Shown here in pieces: positions 31,290-41,251 of a stretch of 64,000 nt of DNA. The position numbers were made by a program, and so were the translations under genes. The notes under the pieces were generated by a model. That model saw only the letters and a program-made list of their open reading frames with translations. It made no database searches and had not been told where the DNA came from. This DNA comes from Nitrosopumilus sp. Its GTDB lineage: Archaea; Thermoproteota; Nitrososphaeria; Nitrososphaerales; Nitrosopumilaceae. Each line of letters begins with the position of its first letter. Position 1 is the first letter of the stretch. The stretch covers positions 384,001 through 448,000 of the forward strand of contig OZ243974.1 of the NCBI GenBank assembly GCA_965214775.1, written 5' to 3'.

Positions 31290-31334
31290 AGAAAGTATAA
31301 AGCGATGGAATGTCTAGTAGATACGTCTGACTGA
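31290..31334 (+). pseudogene. Displaced C-terminal 14 codons of the IS110 recombinase
   Basis: After the TSD reads RKYKAMECLVDTSD*, in frame with ...DKELTQ at 21124. Confidence 0.85.
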
Positions 31335-31382
31335 ACAACGCACACTCGCAGCGGCCCGTGCAGGGAATCAGCATAATTTGAT

Positions 31383-31473
31383 ATGGGAGTTTACCCCTCA
31401 GGCGACACTGCTGGTCGGAGCCTTGATCACCGTGCCTACCACGTCGTATTTTCTGGAGGGGGTGAGATCTTAC
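31383..31473. mobile_element. About 91-bp MITE (family B), degenerate, inverted
   Basis: Reverse-complement similarity to 45775-45865. Confidence 0.75.
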
Positions 31474-31684
31474 TGGCTGTGGTACAAATTTGCCCCTTGG
31501 GCAGCACTGCCAGCTATGGCCTTCAGGACCATGCCCCCGCGCCGTATCTTCCAAAGTGGGTAAATTCTTACTGCAGGTTCGGCCTGCCGTGATCGCGTGC
31601 AGGATGTAATACGTGCTACGGGCGTCCTATGGCAGACCGTGCCGGGCGCTACATTGCAGGAGTTGCCCTGCGGTGATCGGCAGT

Positions 31685-34600
31685 TCAGCCCCGCAGCCGT
31701 CTTGCGGCGACGATGGCGGCCACAGGAGCTGCTACATACATGCCGATATTCAGGGCAATAACCGAGGCGCCCAGCGCCAGCACCGAGGACTCTGAGCCCT
31801 CCTCTGCAAGCGACATTATCGACAGCGTCGAGATCATCGGGGATATGGCAATCCTTACGGCCTCGCGAAATACCGGGCTCTGGCGCTCCAGGTCGGCTAT
31901 CGCAGGTGAGAACGAGTAGTATACAGAGTTGAATCCGGCAACAAACGAGGAGCCCGAGTCAGTAGAGAGCAACGTACCGTCGCGTATCTCCCTGAGTGCC
32001 TGCACCTGCGGCGCCATCTCTGTTCCGTATGCTGCAGTCGCTATCAGACACGAGCCGCCTAACTCCGAACCTGCCTGCTGCTCGGGCTCGGGCTGTGCCG
32101 GCGTATGGGGCTCCTCTGGCATCTCCGGTTCGGGCTCGGGCTGCACCACGGTTTCGGGCTCGTCTGGTACCGGCGGCTCGGTTTCGGGCTCGGGCTGCAC
32201 CACGGTTTCGGGCTCGTCTGGTACCGGCGGCTCGGTTTCGGGCTCAACTATTGCATCACGCGGCTGGCCGGCTGCTCCTTGGTCGATATCTGCAGACAGG
32301 GACATCGGAGTGTCGTACGTGCGCTCGCCCACACATGCGTCCACGTTTACCGACTCATAGTCAGAGGTCAGGCTCTCCCCAGAATGCAGGATTGCGCTAA
32401 CGCCGATGTATGTCTCGTTCTGGTGCATGGATGCCGTAAACACCAGTCCCTCTTCTGTCTGGCCTGCCGCCGTAGTCGCGTCTGTACCAGTCAAGGTGGT
32501 GCGCACCGAGACCGAGAGATCATCGGAGACGGGTCCGGCGGTAACCGTTACGAGTCCGGCGGTGCAGTCCCACGATATGGAGGTTATGTATGCCAGATCC
32601 GCGTCGGCTGTGGTTGAGATGATGCCGATGCGGCCGCCTCCGCCTCCGCCTCCGCCGCCTCCGCTGTTGGTGCGGCCGGCAGAAGGCTGTGATCCAGTGC
32701 TGCTACCGCCGTCATCGTCACGGGTCTGGACCCGCTCGGCGAGTACAATCGGGTTGTCCGGCGAGTCGTCTATCTGGTTGCCCAGCAGATCCGATACGGC
32801 GCCTGCTGCAATATCGAGCTGCGGCGTGCCCATCGGGGTTATCTGCCGTATCTGGGACTCTACAAGCGTGAGGGAAAGGGTCTCAACATCAGCGGATGCA
32901 AAGTCAAAGCCGGCGCCTGTCAGCGGGACTGTGTCTGCCTGGTTTATGTCACTGACATACAGCAGGGACAGGCTGGTAGCAGAGACGTCTACGGTCTCGC
33001 TGAAGGTTATGGTCATGGCACCCGTGTCCTCGTTGAGGGTTGCAGATTCAAAGGAGAGCCCTGGGTCGTCTGCGGTTACCGTGATCGGGTTATCCGGCGA
33101 GTCCCCTATCTGGTTGCCGAGTATATCAGATACGGCACCAGAGGAAATGTCGAGCTGCGGCGTGTCCATCGGGATTATCTGCGTCAGCTGGGACTCTACA
33201 AGCGTGAGTGAGAGGGTCTCTGTATCGAGTGTCGCATCGTCAAAGCCGGCGCCTTCCAGCAGGACGGTATCTTCCTGGTTTATGTCGCTGACGTACAGCA
33301 GGGACAGGTTGGTTGTCGATACGTCTATCGTCTCGCTGAAGGTTATGGTCATGGCACCCGTGTTCTCGTCAAGGGTTGCAGACTCAAATGTCGGGGGGGC
33401 GGTATCGTGCACATACACTATCCTGATCGCCGTTGCCGTGTTGCCGTCATCGTCGGTGGCAGTATATGTGACCAGATAATCCCCGAGCACGTTGACGTCG
33501 ACCTGTGATGTATCCGTTGTGACTTCAGAACCGTCGTCGGTCGTGGCACCTGGATCTGCGTACGGGGTGCCCAGCTCATGGATCAACGGGTTGTCTCCCA
33601 CAAGTGATATGACAGGCGGGATGCTGGATGCGGCCTCATCTAGCCTCACCACCTGCAGACCGTCATCGTATTCGGAGGCCACTGCGGCGTAGGTGCTGCT
33701 GCCCATCGTGAATATGTCCACGTCGCGCGGGCCGTCAAGCAGCAGGGAGGTCGTGTCTGCAAGATTCCCGGCACCTACCGGGCCGGCAGGATCGGTGACG
33801 TCGATAATCTGGAGGCCGTCGTCGGCAAAGGAGGCAGCTGCCACGTAGGTGCTGCTGCCCATCGTAAATGCATCTATACCGTTGACGTTGCCAAGCAATA
33901 GTGAGTTCGTGTCTGCAAGGCTGCCGGCGGCGGCGGGGCTGGCAGGGTTTGTGACATCGACAATCTGGAGGCCATTGTCTGTCTGTGAGGATATCGCCAC
34001 GTAGGTGCTGCTGCCTATCACAAAGCTGGTCACGCCTTGAGGGCCGTCAAGCCGCAGGGTGTTGTTATCCCCCAGGCTGCCGGCGGCGGCGGGGCTGGCA
34101 GGGTTTGTGACATCGACAATCTGGAGGCCGTCGTCGGCAAAGGAGGCCACTGCGGCGTAGGTGTTCGAATTTATCTCAAAGATGGCCACTGCGTTGGCGC
34201 CGTCAAGCTCCCTGGAGCCATCATCATCCAGACTGCCGGCAGCGGCAGGGCTGGCAGGGTTTGTGACATCGATAATCTGGAGGCCGTCGTCAATGCTGGA
34301 GGCCACTGCGGCGTAGGTGCTGCCGTTTATTGTAAAGATGTCCACGCTGCGGGCGCCGTCAAGCAAAAATCCTTCTATCGGAATGTCCCCCACCTCATCT
34401 ATGGTGTCTTCCAGATTCCCGACTGCCACAAGACTGGAAGGGTTTGTGACATCGATAATCTGGAGGCCGTCATCTGTGCGGGAGGCCACTGCAGCGTAGG
34501 TGTTAGCCCCTATAGCAAATATGTCCACGCTGCGGGCGCCACCAAGCAGCAGGGTGTTGTTATCCCCCAGGCTGTCGGCAGCTGTCGGATTGGATGGATC

Positions 34601-37054
34601 TGTGATGTTGACAATCTGGAGGCCGGCGTCGCGGGATGCGGCGACTGCAGCGTATGTGTTCTGCCCGATCGCAAAGACGGCCACGCCTTGGGCGCCGTCA
34701 AGTTCTCTGGAGCCGGTATCATTCAGATTCCCGACGGGGGTAAGCGTGATTTCAGAGGTGTCCATGTCGGCCACGACTATGTCAAAGGTTTGCGAGTTTG
34801 TGCCACCTCGGTCGTCGTTTACGGTTATGGTGACTGTGTGGGTCTGTCCTGCGTCTGCCTGGACAGGCGTCCAGATGAGGAGGCCACCAGAGGTGGAAAA
34901 TACGGCAGCTGCCGGCAGCGTGCCGCGCGATATGGAATACGTGTGCGTGTCAGTCGGATCATCGTCAGTTACCGTAGGCGTTATGACCAGCTGTATGCCC
35001 GGCGTCGCGTTCTGGTCGCCTATTGTACCCATTACGGGGGCGTTGTTGTCGCGCGTTACGGTTACCGTTACGGTTCCCTGCGCCGTGTCTGTTCCATCAG
35101 ATACCGTATATCCGAACGTGTCCGTACCGTCATAGTCCTGATCAGGCGTATAAGTTATCGTATCATCATCATGAGTGGCAGTCCCGTTTGGCGGGTTATC
35201 TACTGCCGATATCACCGGTGTGTCCGATGTGTCTGGATCCGATATGGCAGGCGTTATGGTAACGGGTGTATCCTCTGCGGTGGTTGCCGTCTCGGCTGGT
35301 GCCACCGGCGGAGCGTTTGGCGTCTCTGTCACCGCTATGTCAAAGGTTTGCGAGTCGGTGCCGCCGCGGCCGTCATTTACGGTTATGGTGACTGTGTGGG
35401 TCTGTCCTGCGTCTGCCTGGACAGGCGTCCAGGTGATGCTGCCATCAGATGTGTTGAATACGGCAGCTGCCGGCAGCGTGCCGCGCGATATGGAATACGT
35501 GTGCGTGTCAGTTGTGTCGGCATCAGTTACCGTAGGCGTTATGGTCAGCTGTGTGTCTGGCGTCGCGTTCTGGTCGCCTATTGTACCCATTACGGGGGCG
35601 TTGTTGTCGCGCGTTACGGTTACCGTTACGGTTCCCTGTGCCGTGTCTGTTCCATCAGATACCGTATACCCGAACGTGTCCGTACCTTCATAGTCTGCAT
35701 CGGGCGTGTAGGTTATCGTATCATCGTCATGGGTGGCAGTCCCGTTTGGCGGGTTATCGACTGCCGATATTACCGGGGTGTCCGATGTGTCGGGATCCGA
35801 TACGGTAGGCGTTATGGTAACGGACGTGTCCTCTGCAGTAGTTGCCGTCTCGGCTGGTGCCACAGGCGGGCTGTTGGGCGTCTCTGTCTCCAACCTCACT
35901 ATCTGGAGGCCATCATCTCGGATGGCAGTCACTGCAGCGTAGGTGCTTTCACCTATCACAAAGACGTCTAGGTTGCGGGCGTTGGCAAGCTTCCTGGAGC
36001 CGTTATCCCCCAAATTCCCGGCTGGGGCGGGATTGTCAGGATCGGTGACGTTGACTATCTGTAGTCCGTTGTCGGATCCCGAGGATACCACCACATAAGT
36101 GCTGCTGCCTATCGTGAATACATCCACGCCCTGGGCGCCGTCAAGCCTCAGTGAGCCGCTATCCTCCAGACGCCCGGCTGGGGCGGGATTGTCAGGATCG
36201 GTGACGTTTACAATCTGAAAGCCGTCGTCAGTCCAGGAGGCGACTGCGGCGTATGTGTTGCCGCCTATCACAAAGGTGGTCACGCCGCGGGCGCCGTGAA
36301 GCTCCATGGAGCCCGTGTCACTCAGTTTCCCGGCCGCTGCCGGGTTGGTCGGATCCGTAACGTTGACTATCTGGAGGCCGTTGTCATCAACTGCGGCCAC
36401 TGCAGCGTATGTGTTGCTGCCTATCGTGAATACATTCACGCCCTGGGCGCCACTAAGCTCCAGGGAGCCGTCGCCATCGGCCAGATTCCCGACGGCGGCG
36501 GGATTGTCAGGATCGGTGACGTTTACAATCTGGAGGGCATTGTCCACGTGGGCTGCCACTGCGGCGTAGGTGTCGCCGCCTATCGTGAATACATCCACGC
36601 CCTGGGCGCCGCCAAGCTTACTGGAGCCGCCATCAGACAGATTCCCGACGGCGGCGGGATTGTCAGGATCGGTGACGTTTACAATCTGGAGGCCCTGGCT
36701 GTAGGCGGCCACCGCTGCGTAAGTGCTGCTGCCTATCGTAAAGGTGTCCACGCCCTGGGCGTCGGAAAGCCGCGCGGATCCCCCGTTTGCCAGACTGCCG
36801 GCGGCCTGCAGACTGGCAGGGTTGGAGACGTTTACAATCTGGAGGCCGTCGTCACCTTCGGAGGTCACCGCAGCGTAGGTCCGGCTTCCTATTGTAAAGA
36901 CATCCACGTCATGGGCGGCATCAAGCAGCAGGGTGTTGTTATTTCCCAGGCTGCTGACGGCAACTATCTCGATCTCGCTCTGCTGCGCGTACGCACCCTC
37001 CGGCAGGGCCCCGGCAGCAGCAAGGCCCAAGACGGCGGCCGCAACAAACGCCAA
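31685..37054 (-). CDS. Giant surface protein: LVIVD-like repeats, cadherin/Ig-like domains, PEPE linker, CFI-box-CTERM anchor
   Basis: About 15 repeats of TYAAVA..DDGLQIV(N/D)VTDP; duplicated Ig-like block; C-terminal SCLIATAAYG...LREIRD plus TM helix. Confidence 0.9.
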   Translation of the reverse strand: MAFVAAAVLGLAAAGALPEGAYAQQSEIEIVAVSSLGNNNTLLLDAAHDVDVFTIGSRTYAAVTSEGDDGLQIVNVSNPASLQAAGSLANGGSARLSDAQGVDTFTIGSSTYAAVAAYSQGLQIVNVTDPDNPAAVGNLSDGGSSKLGGAQGVDVFTIGGDTYAAVAAHVDNALQIVNVTDPDNPAAVGNLADGDGSLELSGAQGVNVFTIGSNTYAAVAAVDDNGLQIVNVTDPTNPAAAGKLSDTGSMELHGARGVTTFVIGGNTYAAVASWTDDGFQIVNVTDPDNPAPAGRLEDSGSLRLDGAQGVDVFTIGSSTYVVVSSGSDNGLQIVNVTDPDNPAPAGNLGDNGSRKLANARNLDVFVIGESTYAAVTAIRDDGLQIVRLETETPNSPPVAPAETATTAEDTSVTITPTVSDPDTSDTPVISAVDNPPNGTATHDDDTITYTPDADYEGTDTFGYTVSDGTDTAQGTVTVTVTRDNNAPVMGTIGDQNATPDTQLTITPTVTDADTTDTHTYSISRGTLPAAAVFNTSDGSITWTPVQADAGQTHTVTITVNDGRGGTDSQTFDIAVTETPNAPPVAPAETATTAEDTPVTITPAISDPDTSDTPVISAVDNPPNGTATHDDDTITYTPDQDYDGTDTFGYTVSDGTDTAQGTVTVTVTRDNNAPVMGTIGDQNATPGIQLVITPTVTDDDPTDTHTYSISRGTLPAAAVFSTSGGLLIWTPVQADAGQTHTVTITVNDDRGGTNSQTFDIVVADMDTSEITLTPVGNLNDTGSRELDGAQGVAVFAIGQNTYAAVAASRDAGLQIVNITDPSNPTAADSLGDNNTLLLGGARSVDIFAIGANTYAAVASRTDDGLQIIDVTNPSSLVAVGNLEDTIDEVGDIPIEGFLLDGARSVDIFTINGSTYAAVASSIDDGLQIIDVTNPASPAAAGSLDDDGSRELDGANAVAIFEINSNTYAAVASFADDGLQIVDVTNPASPAAAGSLGDNNTLRLDGPQGVTSFVIGSSTYVAISSQTDNGLQIVDVTNPASPAAAGSLADTNSLLLGNVNGIDAFTMGSSTYVAAASFADDGLQIIDVTDPAGPVGAGNLADTTSLLLDGPRDVDIFTMGSSTYAAVASEYDDGLQVVRLDEAASSIPPVISLVGDNPLIHELGTPYADPGATTDDGSEVTTDTSQVDVNVLGDYLVTYTATDDDGNTATAIRIVYVHDTAPPTFESATLDENTGAMTITFSETIDVSTTNLSLLYVSDINQEDTVLLEGAGFDDATLDTETLSLTLVESQLTQIIPMDTPQLDISSGAVSDILGNQIGDSPDNPITVTADDPGLSFESATLNEDTGAMTITFSETVDVSATSLSLLYVSDINQADTVPLTGAGFDFASADVETLSLTLVESQIRQITPMGTPQLDIAAGAVSDLLGNQIDDSPDNPIVLAERVQTRDDDGGSSTGSQPSAGRTNSGGGGGGGGGGRIGIISTTADADLAYITSISWDCTAGLVTVTAGPVSDDLSVSVRTTLTGTDATTAAGQTEEGLVFTASMHQNETYIGVSAILHSGESLTSDYESVNVDACVGERTYDTPMSLSADIDQGAAGQPRDAIVEPETEPPVPDEPETVVQPEPETEPPVPDEPETVVQPEPEPEMPEEPHTPAQPEPEQQAGSELGGSCLIATAAYGTEMAPQVQALREIRDGTLLSTDSGSSFVAGFNSVYYSFSPAIADLERQSPVFREAVRIAISPMISTLSIMSLAEEGSESSVLALGASVIALNIGMYVAAPVAAIVAARRLRG

Positions 37055-37847
37055 ATACAGGACGTTGATCCGTGCCGGTGCACGGGTGGACGGATGCTGC
37101 AGTATAGCAGTTATTGGATGCCACCTCCTCGGGACTTTTGGGTGCTATTCCCTCCTCCCATACAGCCGGGCTTGCCGTCATATACAAGCCGTCTGCTACA
37201 GGACATGCTGGTGGAGATCCGTCGCGTACCGGCCCTCATGACGCCAAGATACGAACTAGATGCCAATACGCCATCACAGCCGCCCGGACGAAAAAGTCCT
37301 CTTGTCCCTACAGCGGGGCTTGGTTGACCACACCCTCCAACACTGCCACCGCCCCCCCCCCCAATGATTATTGGGGTGTGGGCAGGAAAAAGTCATGGCA
37401 TGCAAATCTAGGTCAGGCAGATCAACTTCCCCTCCAATTTCTCCCCCAACAAGGATTACCGGGGCATCGACAGAGGAACACATCATTATGCCTCACAGCA
37501 GCGTGTAAAACGTTCATTCTGATATCATGATTAAATTGTAAGTGGTTATTAAATGTGCACAAAGTGCCTGTTCTGCATGTAACTGGTGCAGTTATAGCCT
37601 CAGATTCACTGCGTGTGGGTCGACGGCCCTTCATAATGCTGATGTTTTGCAGGAATTGTATTTGATCAGCGGGATAGTGTACAAAAAGATCAGCGAGCTG
37701 CGGCACACCATATCCGAATCTACATGGCGGTGTCATTTGCCCACCTTTGCATGTACAAGTACATTTACAGATCGCCGGTCAAAGTCCTCAATTACTTGTG
37801 ACCGTTGCCATATATGATAATTTAATCAAAAAGGGAAAAAGGGAAGA

Positions 37848-39083
37848 TTACTCTTCTACAGGTTCTGCTTTATCAACTTCAGCATCGACAGTGGTGTCCA
37901 CTGGTTCTGCTTTAACTGGTTCTGCAGGAGTTTCAGTTGCTGTCTCTGGTTCCGGGGTTTCAGTTGCTGTCTCTGGTTCCGGGGTTTCAGTTGCTGTCTC
38001 TGGTTCCGGGGTTTCAGTTGCTGTCTCTGGTTCCGGGGTTTCAGTTGCTGTCTCTGGTTCCGGCTCTTTGACATTTTTGGCAGTTGCCTTTTTGGTAACT
38101 TTCTTTGTCTTTTTCTCGGCTTCCTCAGGATCCATGACACCTGCTTCGCCAAGGGCAAAGATTACTTCCTCTTCAGGGTGATGAGGACTGTCTACCATTC
38201 TAGCAATCCTTTTCTTGCCAGATTTCTTAAAGTAGATTCTGTAGGTACTAGTGTGTGCAACCACATTGCCGCCAATTGGTCGTGTCGGGTCACCAAAGAA
38301 TACATCTGGCGATGCCATGACTTGGTTTGTTGCAATTGCAGCACAGTTGTATGTCTCTGCAATTCTGGATAACAGATGAACAAAATGATTTAATTTTTGT
38401 TGTCTGTTTGAGAGAGTTCCACGTCCCAGATATTCAGAACGGAACAATCCAACTGCAGAGTCAGCTACAATCAGTTTTACGTTATTTTCCTCGATTACAG
38501 GCCCTGCTTCTTCCAAAATCAATGTCTGATGTGCACTGTTGTATGCACGTGCAACAATGATGTTGTCTAGAACTTTTTCAGGATCCATTTCGTGAGCTTG
38601 TGCAATTGATACAATTCTTTCAGGTCTGAAAGTATTTTCAGTATCAATGTACAACACACTGCCTTCCAATCCACCTTCTTCTTTGGTTTTTTGAACCATT
38701 ACAGACATTGTATGTGCAAATTGTGTTTTGCCACAGCCAAATTCGCCATAAACTTCTGTAAGTGCTTGAGTTTCAATCCCTCCATCAAATAGCGTGTCAA
38801 GACAGTTAGTACCGGTAGTAATTTTACCAATACTTTGACGGTGTTTGTAAATCTCACTTGCACTTGTAAAGTGTTTGGCAATCAAACCTCCATCAACTAA
38901 ATGCTGTCTGGCTTTATTGACAATTTTTTCAGCTGTGTCCTTTTCCATTCCAGTTATCTCTGAAATCTCTACCGGACCTCTGACGATGAGATCCATGACG
39001 TTGTGTACACCTGCATCGGATAGTTTTCTTGTAGTTACAGGACCTACGCCCTCCAAACTATCTAATCTTAGATCTTCTACCAT
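37848..39083 (-). CDS. radA: DNA repair and recombination protein RadA with repetitive acidic tail
   Basis: GEFGCGKTQ, YIDTENTFRPER, GGNVVAH, RIARMVDSP. Confidence 0.97.
   Translation of the reverse strand: MVEDLRLDSLEGVGPVTTRKLSDAGVHNVMDLIVRGPVEISEITGMEKDTAEKIVNKARQHLVDGGLIAKHFTSASEIYKHRQSIGKITTGTNCLDTLFDGGIETQALTEVYGEFGCGKTQFAHTMSVMVQKTKEEGGLEGSVLYIDTENTFRPERIVSIAQAHEMDPEKVLDNIIVARAYNSAHQTLILEEAGPVIEENNVKLIVADSAVGLFRSEYLGRGTLSNRQQKLNHFVHLLSRIAETYNCAAIATNQVMASPDVFFGDPTRPIGGNVVAHTSTYRIYFKKSGKKRIARMVDSPHHPEEEVIFALGEAGVMDPEEAEKKTKKVTKKATAKNVKEPEPETATETPEPETATETPEPETATETPEPETATETPEPETATETPAEPVKAEPVDTTVDAEVDKAEPVEE
37927..38061. repeat. 27-bp tandem repeat x5 (PEPETATET) in radA
   Basis: ggggtttcagttgctgtctctggttcc units. 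Confidence 0.93.
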
Positions 39084-39124
39084 ACCGTATGGTACGGTAC
39101 CAGTACTTTATAAGAGTTTTGTTT

Positions 39125-41251
39125 GTACAACTTCAGGTCCTTTTTATACTGACAGTCAAACATTTTTGGGCAGCATCTTATGATCAGATGCCCCTCCGAA
39201 CATGGCTGAACATCAGACATTTGTGATCAGACATTGCAGGTTTGGAATTTACGGGAGTGACATAATATCGGCATCTTGGTCAAAGAATTTCGATGGAAAT
39301 CTTTTTTGATCTTGCCTGTCTGATGTAACATATGGACTCCAAAGCCGTGCTTGCACACTGTACGGATCCTGGAAAGGCACTTGTCATGATCATGGAGCAG
39401 GATGAGAAGATCTCCGGGCTGGAAAAAGAACTCTCTATTGTCAAGAAGGAGAATGCTGATGTCAAGAAGGAGAACTCTAAGCTTCAGGCAAGGCTTGCCC
39501 TGTACGAGAGTCCCAACATGCCCACGTCCACGCCGTCATTATACAATGATGCCAGAAGAAAGTTCAGGGAGAAAAGGGGCGAGGATCCCGGCGGCAGTCC
39601 CGGCGATGCTGCTCGGGGCAAGAAACGCGGCCCTCCGTGCGGACACCATGGTACATCGCACGGCAACCGGCCATCAATGACATTAAGGTACGATCTTGGC
39701 TCCAAAATATGCCCAAAGTGCAACATCCAGTTACGGATGCTCAAGCCGATCCACAAGCTTGTAAACGACCTGGACGGTTTTATGCGCATGCTCACTGCCA
39801 ATGCCATCATCCAAAACGCGGTGTGTCCACAGTGCAATACCGTGCATGTCGCAGCTACCCCGTTTCTAAGCGGCACGTCACTTGGGCCCGTCTCACTCTC
39901 TCTAATCATGATGTTCTTTGAGAAGGGAAACACAGACGAGGACATTGCAGAGTACTTTCAGTATATGTTTGGATTCAAGATGGCCCCAAATACCGTGACT
40001 GCCGCCCGGCACGCAGTGGCAGAGGCGATTCAACAAAACATGATACAACGCATACAGTCATTCATTGCGGGCAGGCCGTGGATACAGATGGACGAGACCG
40101 GATTTAAGCGCGGCGACGGACACATGGGATACGTCTGGGTGCTCAACTGCGAGGGGGCGTGCTTTGTGGTATTTGCAGATTCCCGGTCCTCTGAGGTACT
40201 GCACACGCACTTTGGATGGCTGGATCCCAAGACTCCCATAGTCGTAGACGGACTGGCCCAGTACAAGCTGTTCTTTGTGACAATCCAGAGGTGTTGGAGG
40301 CACCTTCTGGCGTATGCAGAAAAGCTTGCAGTAAAGATGCCCGAAGGCGATAACGAGAAAAGGTATGACTTGCTGCTGGAATTCTACAGGAAGATAGATA
40401 AAATCAAGACGCTTGCGCCGCTTACATGCATGGAGCTTTCCAGGGAAGTATACAAAATAATCAACCCGTATGAGGACGTTCACGTGCGTACACACCTGCT
40501 AAACGCCATACATAACATGTTTACGTGTCTGGCGCATCGGGGAATGCCGCTGCACAACAACGATACGGAGCGGTGCATACGCGACGGGATCATACCACAA
40601 CGCAATGCACGTCACAAGATTGTAACTGACGGGGGAAGAAAGACGGCTTCTGCGCTGCTGACATTTTCGATGACATGTCGCAAGCAGAATATACATCCTG
40701 CCGGCGGACTCTTGAAATACCTGCGGAATCCGGGCTGGGATGTCTTTGCAGAAGCAGGAGATGATGATGATAATGCGCGCCTGCTGTCCTCGCTTGCCAA
40801 TACGGACGGTACAAGATACAGCGTCTTTGAGTGTCCCGGGCCGCCGCCGGCGTGGCCGCCTGTAGTCGATGATGACGCAGGCAGTGAAGGAGGAGCGGTA
40901 CGCCGGAACCGGACGGCCGTCGTACCAGCAGCAGCAGCTCCCATAACAACATGATCCGTCTGGCGCCTACGGGACGGCGTAACCCGTAGCTTTATGTCAA
41001 AGAATCCGGCCGTGTAGGCAAGTCTGCCAGTCAACAACGCCTGACAAATCTGACAATGCTGGTTTCCTGCAGGTGCCGTCTGCCAATAATCTGTTGTCTG
41101 CCAATAATCTGTTGTCTGCGCGCTGCCGGTCTTGCATATACAAGGGACGTGTGATGATGATGTAGCGGGTCTGTCACAGCAGATGCGGAAGGATCAAAAA
41201 GTTCCGGGCAAAAAGTTCCCTAGTCAGTATAAAAAGGACCTGAAGTTGTAC
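39125..41251 (+). mobile_element. IS66-family element (single ORF), copy 1, no matching TSD
   Basis: Perfect 29-bp IR GTACAACTTCAGGTCCTTTTTATACTGAC; flanks TTTTGTTT and TTTGAACC differ. Confidence 0.92.
39332..40954 (+). CDS. IS66-family transposase
   Basis: Coiled coil, CPKC..CPQC, QMDETG, QRCWRH, NNDTERCIR. Confidence 0.92.
   Translation: MDSKAVLAHCTDPGKALVMIMEQDEKISGLEKELSIVKKENADVKKENSKLQARLALYESPNMPTSTPSLYNDARRKFREKRGEDPGGSPGDAARGKKRGPPCGHHGTSHGNRPSMTLRYDLGSKICPKCNIQLRMLKPIHKLVNDLDGFMRMLTANAIIQNAVCPQCNTVHVAATPFLSGTSLGPVSLSLIMMFFEKGNTDEDIAEYFQYMFGFKMAPNTVTAARHAVAEAIQQNMIQRIQSFIAGRPWIQMDETGFKRGDGHMGYVWVLNCEGACFVVFADSRSSEVLHTHFGWLDPKTPIVVDGLAQYKLFFVTIQRCWRHLLAYAEKLAVKMPEGDNEKRYDLLLEFYRKIDKIKTLAPLTCMELSREVYKIINPYEDVHVRTHLLNAIHNMFTCLAHRGMPLHNNDTERCIRDGIIPQRNARHKIVTDGGRKTASALLTFSMTCRKQNIHPAGGLLKYLRNPGWDVFAEAGDDDDNARLLSSLANTDGTRYSVFECPGPPPAWPPVVDDDAGSEGGAVRRNRTAVVPAAAAPITT

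Noticed and set aside
25271-37327. Long plus-strand ORFs (e.g. 25947..27644, 34037..35971)
   Set aside because: Antisense shadows of GC-rich repetitive minus-strand genes, with no motifs of their own
37540-37800. Possible ISH3/IS4 transposase C-terminal remnant on the minus strand
   Set aside because: Only faint resemblance with stops; not supportable without a search
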